Shown here in pieces: positions 27,762 through 35,976 of a stretch of 64,000 bases of DNA (within the stretch, counting starts at the first letter, position 1; each line of letters starts with the position of its first letter). The notes under the pieces were generated by a model. The model saw nothing but the letters and a program-made list of their open reading frames with translations. It did not search any database and was not told where the DNA came from. The translations under genes were made by a program, and so were the position numbers. The DNA comes from Candidatus Latescibacterota bacterium (GTDB lineage: Bacteria; Latescibacterota; UBA2968), in assembly GCA_965232265.1 (NCBI GenBank), contig CBDDPH010000002.1, positions 1,595,660 to 1,659,659 on the forward strand. The letters run 5' to 3'.

Positions 27762-28658
27762 ATGCGTCACTTCACGCGTACGCCCTATTATAGCGGGCCG
27801 GATGATCCGGCTATTGGCGAGGTGCGGGGTACGCTTGCTCTGGGTGAGACTGTGGTTATTGAGACGATTGGCGGGGCTGACAATGATTTTGAGGCTGCTG
27901 GTGAGACCCGTGCGGGGATGATTACTTCTGGAGAAAGCCACCGCCGCTATGCCCGTCGTGGCGGTCCTTTTCGCATTGAGGAGATTGCGCCCGATGACTG
28001 GGTTGCTATTGAGATTATCGATATTGAGGTGGGGCCCTACGGTTTTTATCGCAATGGCGGTCCCAACTGGGGCAACTGGCGTTGCGTGGCGCCTGTGCGC
28101 GATGGGTTGATCCACTTTCCGCCAGATTTTGTGGTGCCGGTGCGGCCTATGGTTGGTGTGGTTCAGTTGGAACCGTGGGCGGCTCATTCGATTGACCACG
28201 GTGGCAATATGGATTTTAATGCGATTCAGCCAGGCAGTACTGTGCATATTCGCGCCCAAAAACCCGGGGGGTTGCTCTCACTGGGCGATGTCCATGCGCG
28301 GATGGGCGATGGCGAGTTGACCGGGGCGGGTGTCGAGATCGATGCGGCGGTTACTATAAAGGTGGATCGCTCTCCCGGGTTTCCCAATAGCAGTCCGGTG
28401 GTGGAGACAACTACGGTGGTAGAAGCCGCCGAGGAGTATCTGACCAGTGCCCGGGCGGCAGAGTGGGGCGAGGCTCTCAGACTGGCATGGCTGGAGATGG
28501 TGGCACTGATTATCGATCGCTACCATACGACGTATGAATATGCCAATATGATTGTGGGGACGATTGGCGATGCGCGGCCAGGCTATGCTACGGGCTATAT
28601 CGGCCAGGCTATGCTACGGGCTATATGGGTGGCTATGTTACGTGTCAGATTGCAGTGA
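27762..28658 (+). CDS. Acetamidase/formamidase-family protein, 3' end altered by a 26-bp tandem duplication
   Basis: DHGGNMDFN and GDVHARMGDGELTGAGVEI family motifs. C-terminal ~20 codons are read out of the ancestral frame (see repeat 28573-28624). Confidence 0.75.
   Translation: MRHFTRTPYYSGPDDPAIGEVRGTLALGETVVIETIGGADNDFEAAGETRAGMITSGESHRRYARRGGPFRIEEIAPDDWVAIEIIDIEVGPYGFYRNGGPNWGNWRCVAPVRDGLIHFPPDFVVPVRPMVGVVQLEPWAAHSIDHGGNMDFNAIQPGSTVHIRAQKPGGLLSLGDVHARMGDGELTGAGVEIDAAVTIKVDRSPGFPNSSPVVETTTVVEAAEEYLTSARAAEWGEALRLAWLEMVALIIDRYHTTYEYANMIVGTIGDARPGYATGYIGQAMLRAIWVAMLRVRLQ
28573..28624. repeat. Direct tandem duplication, 2 x 26 bp (25/26 identical)
   Basis: ggccaggctatgctacgggctatatc / ggccaggctatgctacgggctatatg, read directly. 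26 is not a multiple of 3. Confidence 0.95.
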
Positions 28659-28737
28659 CCAAGGCGTTGCGGCGCACCGGAGTGCCGTACGAGGCGTAGG
28701 GGTTTTGGGGTTTACAACATTCACGAAAGGATTTGCT

Positions 28738-29511
28738 ATGTATTTGTACGGGATTCGCAATGCGAGTTTGAATATGGATTGGGGGAAAGATGCTTTTGCT
28801 ACAGCAGGGGATATTGGATTTGATGGGGTGGAGATTGTGCTGCGAGAGGAGGAGCGGTTGGATTGGCTGTTGAGTGCAGCGGGTCGGGAGGAGATTGGGC
28901 GATGGGTTGAGGAGACGGGCGCGCAAGCGTGTTCGATCAGTTTTGCCCTGTTTCGAGAATACAAGGGAAATGAGGAAAACGAGGCTGTGCGCGACCGCGT
29001 GGTGGGTCTTGTGCAAAAGGCGATTCGCGCGTGTAAGGGGATGGGGGGTGTCGGTATTTTGCTTCCGTATTTCGATGGGGAGAATCTCGATATGTCGAGC
29101 GCGCATGCAGAATTGCTGATTGAAGACCTGAAGCGATGCGCCCCTGTCGCTGAAGACGAGGGTATTAAAGTTGCTCTGGAGACGAGTTTTTCTCCGGGAT
29201 TGTTGAGGACGATTTGCGATGGCGTGGGGTCTGAGATGGTGGGGGTGTATCAGGATACGGCGAATGCGCTGCAATACGGGTACGATTCGGTCGATATGCT
29301 CGTTACTTTACCTGAACATACCAAACTGATTCATCTGAAAGATACGCGGCGTTCAGATCTGGGCGAAGGCGATGTGGATTTTCCCGCGTGTCGAGATGCG
29401 ATTGCACAGATCGGTTATGAGGGTTGGCTGATTTTTGAAACGCCAGGAGGGTCTGATCCTATCGCATCGGGCAGGAAGAATCTGGGGTTTGCAAAAGAGA
29501 TGTTTGGGTAG
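28738..29511 (+). CDS. Sugar phosphate isomerase/epimerase (xylose isomerase-like TIM barrel)
   Basis: Starts MYLYGIRNASL. FDGVEI, ALETS and LIHLKD motifs typical of the fold. The upstream part of the track ORF is alternate-frame read-through of the formamidase 3' end. Confidence 0.65.
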   Translation: MYLYGIRNASLNMDWGKDAFATAGDIGFDGVEIVLREEERLDWLLSAAGREEIGRWVEETGAQACSISFALFREYKGNEENEAVRDRVVGLVQKAIRACKGMGGVGILLPYFDGENLDMSSAHAELLIEDLKRCAPVAEDEGIKVALETSFSPGLLRTICDGVGSEMVGVYQDTANALQYGYDSVDMLVTLPEHTKLIHLKDTRRSDLGEGDVDFPACRDAIAQIGYEGWLIFETPGGSDPIASGRKNLGFAKEMFG

Positions 29512-29513
29512 GC

Positions 29514-29599
29514 TGGCAGAGGGCGAGGGACTCGAACCCTATGCGGTTGCCCGCACCACCGACCAATGTCGGGCGGCCACCATTGACCGTTCACCCCCT
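29514..29599 (-). ncRNA. tRNA-like element, unit 1 (no canonical anticodon loop)
   Basis: Minus strand: AGGGGGT-GA-ACGG/TCAATGGTGG/CCGC - CCGAC ATTG GTCGG - TGCGG GCAA CCGCA - TAGGG TTCGAGT CCCTC - GCCCTCT-G-CCA. Acceptor, D, extra and T arms are present; a tetraloop hairpin sits at the anticodon position. Confidence 0.6.
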
Positions 29600-29620
29600 G
29601 CATTGATGCTGTTATTTTTT

Positions 29621-29713
29621 TGGCAGAGGGAGGGGGACTCGAACCCCATGCGATAATTCGCACGCGGGCTTGTGTTTTGCCGCCCGCGGCCCACCTTGGA
29701 CCGTTCACCCCCT
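29621..29713 (-). ncRNA. tRNA-like element, unit 2 (no canonical anticodon loop)
   Basis: AGGGGGT...ACGG/TCCAAGGTGGG/CCGC - CGCGGGC [GGCAAAACACAA] GCCCGCG - TGCGA ATTA TCGCA - GGGG TTCGAGT CCCC - TCCCTCT-G-CCA. Confidence 0.6.
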
Positions 29714-29734
29714 GCATTGATACTGTTATTTTCT

Positions 29735-29829
29735 TGACAGAGGGTGAGGGACTCGAACCCCATGCGACAATTCGCACGCGGGCTTGTGTTTTGCCGCCCG
29801 CCAGGTTAGCCTTTGCCTGTCCACCCTCT
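29735..29829 (-). ncRNA. tRNA-like element, unit 3 (no canonical anticodon loop)
   Basis: AGAGGGT-GG-ACAGG/CAAAGGCTAA/CCTGG - GCGGGC [12-nt loop] GCCCGC - TGCGA ATTG TCGCA - GGGG TTCGAGT CCCT - ACCCTCT-G-TCA. The 7-bp acceptor stem is perfectly Watson-Crick. Confidence 0.6.
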
Positions 29830-29865
29830 ATCTATTTTGACAAAGCTGCCCGCTCACGGGTTTCT

Positions 29866-30837
29866 CTATGAGTGAGGGCGCAGTTCGCCCAGAGATTGTT
29901 CGCCAGGTTGGATATATTCTACGGCTGGGCTTTCGACACGCCCGTAGGCATTCCACACTTTGAATCCGAGTAAAGACAGGAGATCGGGCGATGCATCAGC
30001 CAGGACTTCGGGAGCCGTGCCTATGGTGAAGTTCTCCTGCGGACGGAATTGGGGTCCGCAGAATGTGGTGAGTATGGCCCAGCGCAGTTGATCGCTTATA
30101 TTGGCTCCCGTGCCGTGCCAGATGCGTCCGTCGAGGAATCCAACTGTGCCGGCTGGTCCTTCGAGGGCGACTGTTTCGATGGTGTTGTCGTCGGGATTGT
30201 CTGGCCGTCGCCCCCACAGGTGGCTGCCGGGGACGATGCGGGTGCCGCCGTTTTCTGCTGTGAAGTCGCCGATCATCCAGACCACGTTGATGACGACGCG
30301 GGGCCAGATGGATGCGGTATCGGGTTCGTCTGTTTGCTCGCGGGTGATGGAGCCTGCGGGTAAATGCGTTCGGTCCGCATGCGTTGGCATGGGCATCCAC
30401 CACTGGTCTGTGTGCAGGCGCATGGGAACGCCGCCGGGTTTGGCGATGTTGGCCGAATGGCTCGATAGCAGATAATCATTGCCCAGTGCGTGATCTATGA
30501 TGTTGCGAACCCCTGAGTGTAATAGCATGTCTTGAAATACCCGACCTTTGTTGATCAGCATCCACACGCGCTGGTTGACGCCTCCTGCAGATTGTGTAAA
30601 CGCCCCCGTGCGTACCTGCCCGTTTTTATTTTTAAAATCCCCCCAGTTTTGTTTTGCACCCCCGTCTTCAAATGCAAGCCCGCGTTGTTTTTCGGCAAGG
30701 GCCTGTTCTTTTAGACGGGTTTTAATTTTTATGAGGCCTTCTGCATTGAGCGCGTTGGCGAGCAGGCCATAACCACAGGTGTCGAGTTGGGTTTTGACCT
30801 GTGCGAGGTCTTCGGTGGGTTGTGGAAGTTCAGACAT
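29866..30837 (-). CDS. Phytanoyl-CoA dioxygenase (PhyH) family Fe(II)/2-oxoglutarate oxygenase
   Basis: MRLHTDQWW (HxD), GGTRIVPGSH and RIWHGTGAN motifs. GAGGA RBS. Confidence 0.8.
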   Translation of the reverse strand: MSELPQPTEDLAQVKTQLDTCGYGLLANALNAEGLIKIKTRLKEQALAEKQRGLAFEDGGAKQNWGDFKNKNGQVRTGAFTQSAGGVNQRVWMLINKGRVFQDMLLHSGVRNIIDHALGNDYLLSSHSANIAKPGGVPMRLHTDQWWMPMPTHADRTHLPAGSITREQTDEPDTASIWPRVVINVVWMIGDFTAENGGTRIVPGSHLWGRRPDNPDDNTIETVALEGPAGTVGFLDGRIWHGTGANISDQLRWAILTTFCGPQFRPQENFTIGTAPEVLADASPDLLSLLGFKVWNAYGRVESPAVEYIQPGEQSLGELRPHS

Positions 30838-30849
30838 GCGTATTCCTCA

Positions 30850-32148
30850 TTATCGGGGCAAAATGCCATACTGGCGCAGGGTGCTTTCCAGTGTTGGCCT
30901 ACTAAGGCGAATGCGGTCGTCGTTTAATAAATAGGAGAAGACGTAGCCGAGGCCGAGCATAAAAATTCCGATCAAGAAGCAATAGATGACTGCGCGGTCG
31001 GGGTATTGGTCTTTCAGATACCCCACGTAGAGCGGTCCAAAGATGCCCGCTGCGGCCCAGGCGGTTAGGATTGCCCCGTAGATTGTGGACATTTTTTTGC
31101 TGCCAAAAACGTCGAGAACAAAAGACGGCATTGTGGCAAAGCCGCCGCCAAAGCACAACAATACATAACAGACAAGCGCGGAAAAGATCCAGGGGTTGCG
31201 CTCCGTCATTAAGATGCCGAAGACGATCATCTGGCTGGCGAGTAAAATTCTGAAGACGCCAACGCGACCGATGCGATCCGATAGCAATCCCCAGAAGAGC
31301 CGCCCCACGCCGTTGCACAGGGAACTGACTGCGATCAGCGTGGCACCGTATTCGGCGAGTGTTGCCGGCTCCATGGATGGATCCGCAAATCCCCAAACTT
31401 CTTGCAGGAGTTCCGACTGAAAGCTGATGACGGAGATGCCCGCGGCGATGTTAAAGAAAAATACGATCCACATGAGGGCAAATTCAGAAGACCGCAGATA
31501 AGGCGCGACAGTGTCTTCGTATTCCATCGGATCATCGTCAGAAACGGGTACGGCGGCGGCTTTGGGATCGCTTAACACAAAGCTGGAGGGCAAGAGGATA
31601 CAGGCAAATACTATGCCGAGCCACAAAAAAATAAGGGGTAGATCCGACTCTGTTCGCAGTACGAGAAAGGGTGCCAGCACTTTGCTCAAGATAAATGCAC
31701 CCACGCCAAATCCCATCACGACGATGCCTGTCACCAGACCCTTGCGATCTGGAAACCACTTTGCCGCGGTTGCAACCGGCGTTACATAGCCAAGTCCAAT
31801 GCCCGCACCGCCGATAACGCCGTATCCCAGGTAAAAGAGTGGGATAAAGTCCAGATGAAGGGCGAGGCTCGCGATCATATATCCGCCGGAAAACATGATA
31901 CTGCCCGCGACTGCGAGTTTTCGGGGTCCGAAGCGCGGCAGCGTCGCACCTGCCCAGGCCGCGGATGTGCCGAGGGAAAAGATCGCGATGCTAAAAGCCC
32001 ACGCGGTTTCTGTGAATGTCCAGCCGAGTTGCCGGACCAGAAGGCTTTGAAAGAAGCTCCACGCGTACACAGTGCCGAAACAGAGTTGCAGGAGCGTGCA
32101 CAAGAGCGCGATGACGGAACGCGGAATCTGTATTTCTCGGTTTGCCAT
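30850..32148 (-). CDS. MFS transporter (oxalate/formate antiporter-like subfamily)
   Basis: 432 aa, 12 predicted TM segments. G..LPRFGPRK loop motif between TM2 and TM3. Confidence 0.8.
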   Translation of the reverse strand: MANREIQIPRSVIALLCTLLQLCFGTVYAWSFFQSLLVRQLGWTFTETAWAFSIAIFSLGTSAAWAGATLPRFGPRKLAVAGSIMFSGGYMIASLALHLDFIPLFYLGYGVIGGAGIGLGYVTPVATAAKWFPDRKGLVTGIVVMGFGVGAFILSKVLAPFLVLRTESDLPLIFLWLGIVFACILLPSSFVLSDPKAAAVPVSDDDPMEYEDTVAPYLRSSEFALMWIVFFFNIAAGISVISFQSELLQEVWGFADPSMEPATLAEYGATLIAVSSLCNGVGRLFWGLLSDRIGRVGVFRILLASQMIVFGILMTERNPWIFSALVCYVLLCFGGGFATMPSFVLDVFGSKKMSTIYGAILTAWAAAGIFGPLYVGYLKDQYPDRAVIYCFLIGIFMLGLGYVFSYLLNDDRIRLSRPTLESTLRQYGILPR

Positions 32149-32150
32149 TT

Positions 32151-32867
32151 TTATGTGTCCGGTTGATCGCTTTTTTTACCCTCAGAAACATAGAGGAAGA
32201 GGTTGGCGAGGTGTCCGACTTCGTCGTCGCGCGATAGCAGTTTGTCGTCCGAGGCGTCATTTTCACCGTGCGCGCGACCCACTGCATAAGCGAGGAGATC
32301 GCCGAGGGGATTCGCCGCGAGGTTGACGAGCCATATCGCGGCAAAGAAGCCAACCACGAGTATGATGCAGATGAGATAGACCTGCCTTCCGATTGCCCGT
32401 TGTATTTTTAGCGCAATCAGCCCCGTGTCCATGCCCACGTGAACCGTGCCGGCAATGCCCGCCAGAATCGGACTGCCCACTTCCACGAAATCGCCCATTC
32501 CGGGCAGATTGCGCTCTATGGCTTCTGTCTTAAATGGGTCGTCTGCTCGAATGACTTCGGGAATGCCAGGCACGAATGTGTGGGCGAGAAATTCACCTGA
32601 TTCATCCGTGATATAGATGTATTTGATGCTCTGGATTTCGACAAATTGATCGATGAGCGACTGCAGTGCCGCGAGGTCCCGATTTAAGAGAATATCGACA
32701 CTGGAGTCGGCGATGGTCTTCGCGATGTTCTTGCTGTTGTTCTCGTATTCCTCCGACAAGTGTGTATCAACCGTATAAATACACAAAGCAGATGTTGACA
32801 GGCTGATCATACCAAATAGCGCGAAGATGCCAAATCGCGTTTTTTGAAAGAGTTTTTTGATTTTCAT
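32151..32867 (-). CDS. Membrane sensor-like protein: TM - extracytoplasmic domain - TM - HAMP, no output domain
   Basis: Two TM helices flank a ~150 aa domain. C-terminal PLGDLL...SRDDEVGHLANLF matches the HAMP consensus (r.DEiG.La..F). The ORF ends ~20 aa later. Start overlaps the PBP gene stop. Confidence 0.55.
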   Translation of the reverse strand: MKIKKLFQKTRFGIFALFGMISLSTSALCIYTVDTHLSEEYENNSKNIAKTIADSSVDILLNRDLAALQSLIDQFVEIQSIKYIYITDESGEFLAHTFVPGIPEVIRADDPFKTEAIERNLPGMGDFVEVGSPILAGIAGTVHVGMDTGLIALKIQRAIGRQVYLICIILVVGFFAAIWLVNLAANPLGDLLAYAVGRAHGENDASDDKLLSRDDEVGHLANLFLYVSEGKKSDQPDT

Positions 32868-34225
32868 TTTATGCCAAACCTGTCTTCCCAGTTATCCAGC
32901 GTGACAAAACGGCCGTTTTCGACAACGGTGTAATAGACTCGCTGTAGGCCCTGCCGTCGGTCTGGACCAAAAGAGACCTGTTCGCCGATGCCCAGATCGA
33001 AATCTCGAATGCTGAAGACCGCGTCTTCGAGCTGGTTTCGCTGCGGGTTGTCGCCGAGGCGGCTCAGAATTTCAACCATTAATTTGGCGTTGAGAAATCC
33101 CTCGAGGCTGACAAAGCTGTGTGCGAAGGGTGTGTAGTCTTCTTTCACCAGTTCTTCGGGCGGTTGTGGGGCGTATTGTTGCATCATTTCGCGGTACTCC
33201 TGGACGGCTGGTGTGGATATTTCTTCGTAGCTGGGCACGACCTGGGAGTTTACGAGCAGTTGCGTATATGACGCACTGTTGTCCTGTCCTTCGGTGAGGA
33301 GCTTCAAGAGGTTTTCACTGCCAACAAAGGACAGATTGGCAATGGGAACGCGCAGGCCGAGCTCAACGGCGTCGCGTGCAAAGGCCGCACAAGCCGCGTA
33401 TGCTCCGATGCAGATCACCGCTTCTGGATCTGATGCTTTTAGTATTTCGACCTGTTTCCGCATCCTGCCAGTAAATTTTTCTCCGCGGTGGTACGTGGCT
33501 TCACCCGCTATTTGTTCTCCGTGCCGCTTCAGGGCACTTCTCACGCCCGCCCATCCACTGCGACCATAAGCATCGGCTTGATAGAATACGGCAATGCGTT
33601 TTCGGTTGATGCGGATAAAATTATCCACGAGACCAGCGGTTTCCTGGCGGTAGGAGGCACGCAGATTAAAGGCAAAGTCGCCATAAGGCGGTTCTCGCTG
33701 GGGTTGCGCGCCGGTGAATGGAAAGAACAAGAAGATATTTTCGTCCTGAAATTTTTTGAGCATGGGGAGTACGCGAGTTACGGTGGGGGTTCCGACATAA
33801 CCGAAGAGCAAAAATACGTCGTCTTCCAACATCAATTGCAAGGTGTTTTTGACTGAGGGGTCGGGCTGGTAGCCATCGTCATACGTTTTGAGAACTACTT
33901 TGCGTCCCGATATGCCTCCCTGTTGATTGATGTGTGTGAAATACGCACTGGCACCGCGATACAGTTCGATGCCCAAACCCCGGGAAGGACCGGAGAACGC
34001 GGCGGATACGCCGAGTACAATCTCGGTGTCGGTGACGCCAGATGATGTCTGTGTCATGGTGTGCCTCCTTGTTTGTGGTTCAAGCTGGTCGGTGTTGGCG
34101 ACTGCTATCAGAGTTTTCAACCATGGGGCGATCGCGCAACAGGCAAGGCCGGAACGGATGAGTGCTCTTCTCGTTATTGGTTCCATACGGGATGTGCTCT
34201 TTCGATGACGCCCAAACTTGATCAT
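32864..34225 (-). CDS. Periplasmic substrate-binding protein (type I PBP, Leu/Ile/Val-binding-like) with Tat-like signal
   Basis: TRRALIRSGLACCAIAPWL twin-arginine-like leader. LIVBP-like alternating pattern (VLGVSAAFSGP..., VAVFYQADAYG). An alternative start is MEPITRR at 34186. Confidence 0.7.
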   Translation of the reverse strand: MIKFGRHRKSTSRMEPITRRALIRSGLACCAIAPWLKTLIAVANTDQLEPQTRRHTMTQTSSGVTDTEIVLGVSAAFSGPSRGLGIELYRGASAYFTHINQQGGISGRKVVLKTYDDGYQPDPSVKNTLQLMLEDDVFLLFGYVGTPTVTRVLPMLKKFQDENIFLFFPFTGAQPQREPPYGDFAFNLRASYRQETAGLVDNFIRINRKRIAVFYQADAYGRSGWAGVRSALKRHGEQIAGEATYHRGEKFTGRMRKQVEILKASDPEAVICIGAYAACAAFARDAVELGLRVPIANLSFVGSENLLKLLTEGQDNSASYTQLLVNSQVVPSYEEISTPAVQEYREMMQQYAPQPPEELVKEDYTPFAHSFVSLEGFLNAKLMVEILSRLGDNPQRNQLEDAVFSIRDFDLGIGEQVSFGPDRRQGLQRVYYTVVENGRFVTLDNWEDRFGIK

Positions 34226-35022
34226 TCCTCAAGTGTTGGGCGATTTAGCCGCGTGTGATAGGGCGGTTCCATGACCGCGCGTTGCCGTTCGTTTGCCCAT
34301 TCGGGTATGTCATGGGCGCGTACATACGCCATGTTGCCGGCGGTGTAGCGGGTGAGCGTTGACCGCCGTGGATGGTCTGCTGTCCAGGGCAGGGTGCCGT
34401 GTGTGACGGCTTCGGTGAAGATGATTGCGTCGCCTGCCTTACAGGTGATCTGGCGGATGTGTTCCTGGTGTTTCTGGTAGAGACGCATTTCTTGAGGACA
34501 GGGATAATTGCTTTTGTGCGATCCCGGGATGAGAGAGAGACCGCCATCGCCTGCGTTGACATCCGTGAGTTGGATGGAGACGACGGTGAGGCCGTTGTGC
34601 ATTTTGCCATCTCTGAATATATAATACTGGTTGGGGTCAAATCCGGGTCCAGAGGAGCCGTGAAACCGATGGCCTTCGGCTCCTTTATCCATCCAGAGCA
34701 GAAACATCTGGTGATCGATGCGAAAGCCTTTGCCGAGTATTTCGTTGAGATAGGGCACTATGCGGGGATGTGCCAGCATGTCGCGGAAGGGGTTGCACCA
34801 TGGTTCGTCCCAGTGGATGAGGCTGCCGAGTTCGCCGCGACCATGCGTGCCTTCAAGGGCTGGTGAGTCGCCGTCAAGACGCTGTTCTCTCGGGCGGACA
34901 CGCCCCTTGTCGAGGTGGCGGTCAACCGCTTCGTTCGCCAGGGCGAGTTCGTCTTCGGTCAAGACGTTTTCAACGACGAGATACCCGTTGAGGTCAAAGA
35001 GATATTTTTCATCTTCAGTCAT
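34222..35022 (-). CDS. Phytanoyl-CoA dioxygenase (PhyH) family protein
   Basis: FDLNGYLVVENVLTEDE N-terminus, GGLSLIPGSHK, FTEAVTHGTLPW. Stop overlaps the next start (ATGA). Confidence 0.8.
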   Translation of the reverse strand: MTEDEKYLFDLNGYLVVENVLTEDELALANEAVDRHLDKGRVRPREQRLDGDSPALEGTHGRGELGSLIHWDEPWCNPFRDMLAHPRIVPYLNEILGKGFRIDHQMFLLWMDKGAEGHRFHGSSGPGFDPNQYYIFRDGKMHNGLTVVSIQLTDVNAGDGGLSLIPGSHKSNYPCPQEMRLYQKHQEHIRQITCKAGDAIIFTEAVTHGTLPWTADHPRRSTLTRYTAGNMAYVRAHDIPEWANERQRAVMEPPYHTRLNRPTLEE

Positions 35023-35040
35023 TGTAAATCGTCCGATTTG

Positions 35041-35072
35041 GGGTCTTCTATATTTGTGCGGATGACGAGCGT
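35041..35072. repeat. 32-bp direct repeat, copy A (31/32 identical to 35945-35976)
   Basis: gggtcttctatatttgtgcggaTgacgagcgt. It is a duplicate of the last codons of the RDD gene. Confidence 0.95.
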
Positions 35073-35082
35073 ATGTTTGGAC

Positions 35083-35574
35083 TTATTTAAAAATTGGATC
35101 TGTTGTTCGAAATTTGAGATTGTCTTTTGTCTCAATTTCAGTGATGACTTTTCTCACATCGGGTTGCATCAAAATCTCACGTTCCCATAGTGTACGCAAA
35201 ATTTCAGTCAAGTTGACGCAATCTATTCCGTTTTCTCGACAGTGATGTTTAACCCGTCGCTCGTTGCTAACAAAGATGGCACTCAACCGTTTACAAATCG
35301 CCATTGACTCGCGCTCTCCTGAACCAAGTGTCCAGGGCAAGGTCGCCCTGAACCTTTGGTCAACAGCCGTCGGATGATATGTTACGATTCGCCCTTGAGA
35401 ATGCAACGCCATGATGTGTTGTGCAAAGTCAAATCCCTTAGCGATGCCCGTTTGGAGTTCGTTCTCTACAGCGGCGGAGATGTTGAGCGAATCCTCATTA
35501 AAGACGGTAAACAACAAGGGAAGCTGTTGAATTTTAGAGAATATGGAAAGCACATCTGTATCAATAAAAACCAC
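35083..35574 (-). CDS. PIN-domain nuclease (DUF3368-type VapC-like toxin)
   Basis: MVFIDTDVLSIF (N-terminal acidic PIN motif), later GERESMAI and DCVN. Paired with an upstream UPF0175 gene. Confidence 0.7.
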   Translation of the reverse strand: MVFIDTDVLSIFSKIQQLPLLFTVFNEDSLNISAAVENELQTGIAKGFDFAQHIMALHSQGRIVTYHPTAVDQRFRATLPWTLGSGERESMAICKRLSAIFVSNERRVKHHCRENGIDCVNLTEILRTLWEREILMQPDVRKVITEIETKDNLKFRTTDPIFK

Positions 35575-35619
35575 CCCTAAGCCCCTTTGACGCTGTCGTT
35601 TGATGAGCGAAACGCCCGC

Positions 35620-35910
35620 TCACAAAGCTTCGGTTTCATCGACTTCGACGATTTTCGAGATGCCTTTCGCTTCCAACATAGCTTCAAATTCAAAACGGTG
35701 GATTCCAGCCAATTCCGCGGCTCTGGCGAGTGTCACTTCATGTTGTTGATAGAGCAAAATTGCGGCATCAAGGCGAGATTCCTTTTTATTAGTGACCAGT
35801 TTTTCAAGGGCATCGGTCATCAATGCATGCGAGTCGGCATAAAGCCCCGCGTCAATCAGGGCATTCACCTCTTTTTCGAGGTCGGGTGAGTGAATTTCAA
35901 TCTGGAGCAT
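35620..35910 (-). CDS. UPF0175-family antitoxin-like protein
   Basis: AILLYQQHEVTLARAAELAGIHRFEFEAMLEAKGI is the UPF0175 hallmark, usually partnered with DUF3368 PIN proteins. Confidence 0.7.
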   Translation of the reverse strand: MLQIEIHSPDLEKEVNALIDAGLYADSHALMTDALEKLVTNKKESRLDAAILLYQQHEVTLARAAELAGIHRFEFEAMLEAKGISKIVEVDETEAL

Positions 35911-35929
35911 GGCTATCGCTTCCTTTTGT

Positions 35930-35976
35930 GGCGATCAATCGCCAGGGTCTTCTATATTTGTGCGGACGACGAGCGT
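35930..35976. repeat. Composite repeat, copy B: left part matches copy C (36587-36618), right part matches copy A (35041-35072)
   Basis: ggcgatcaatcgccagggtcttctatatttgtgcggacgacgagcgt. It contains the palindrome GGCGAT-CA-ATCGCC and overlaps the RDD gene stop. Confidence 0.9.

Noticed and set aside
29514-29829. Possible CRISPR array (regularly spaced repeats)
   Set aside because: The repeated units are ~90 nt. The short 21-nt intervening segments are themselves conserved between units. The repeats carry tRNA T-arm/acceptor features, and no cas genes are present.
29415-29871. ORFs of 73-120 aa on both strands across the tRNA-like region
   Set aside because: They are reading-frame artefacts of the repeated GC-rich units (repetitive peptides, no RBS). 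The repeat structure explains them.
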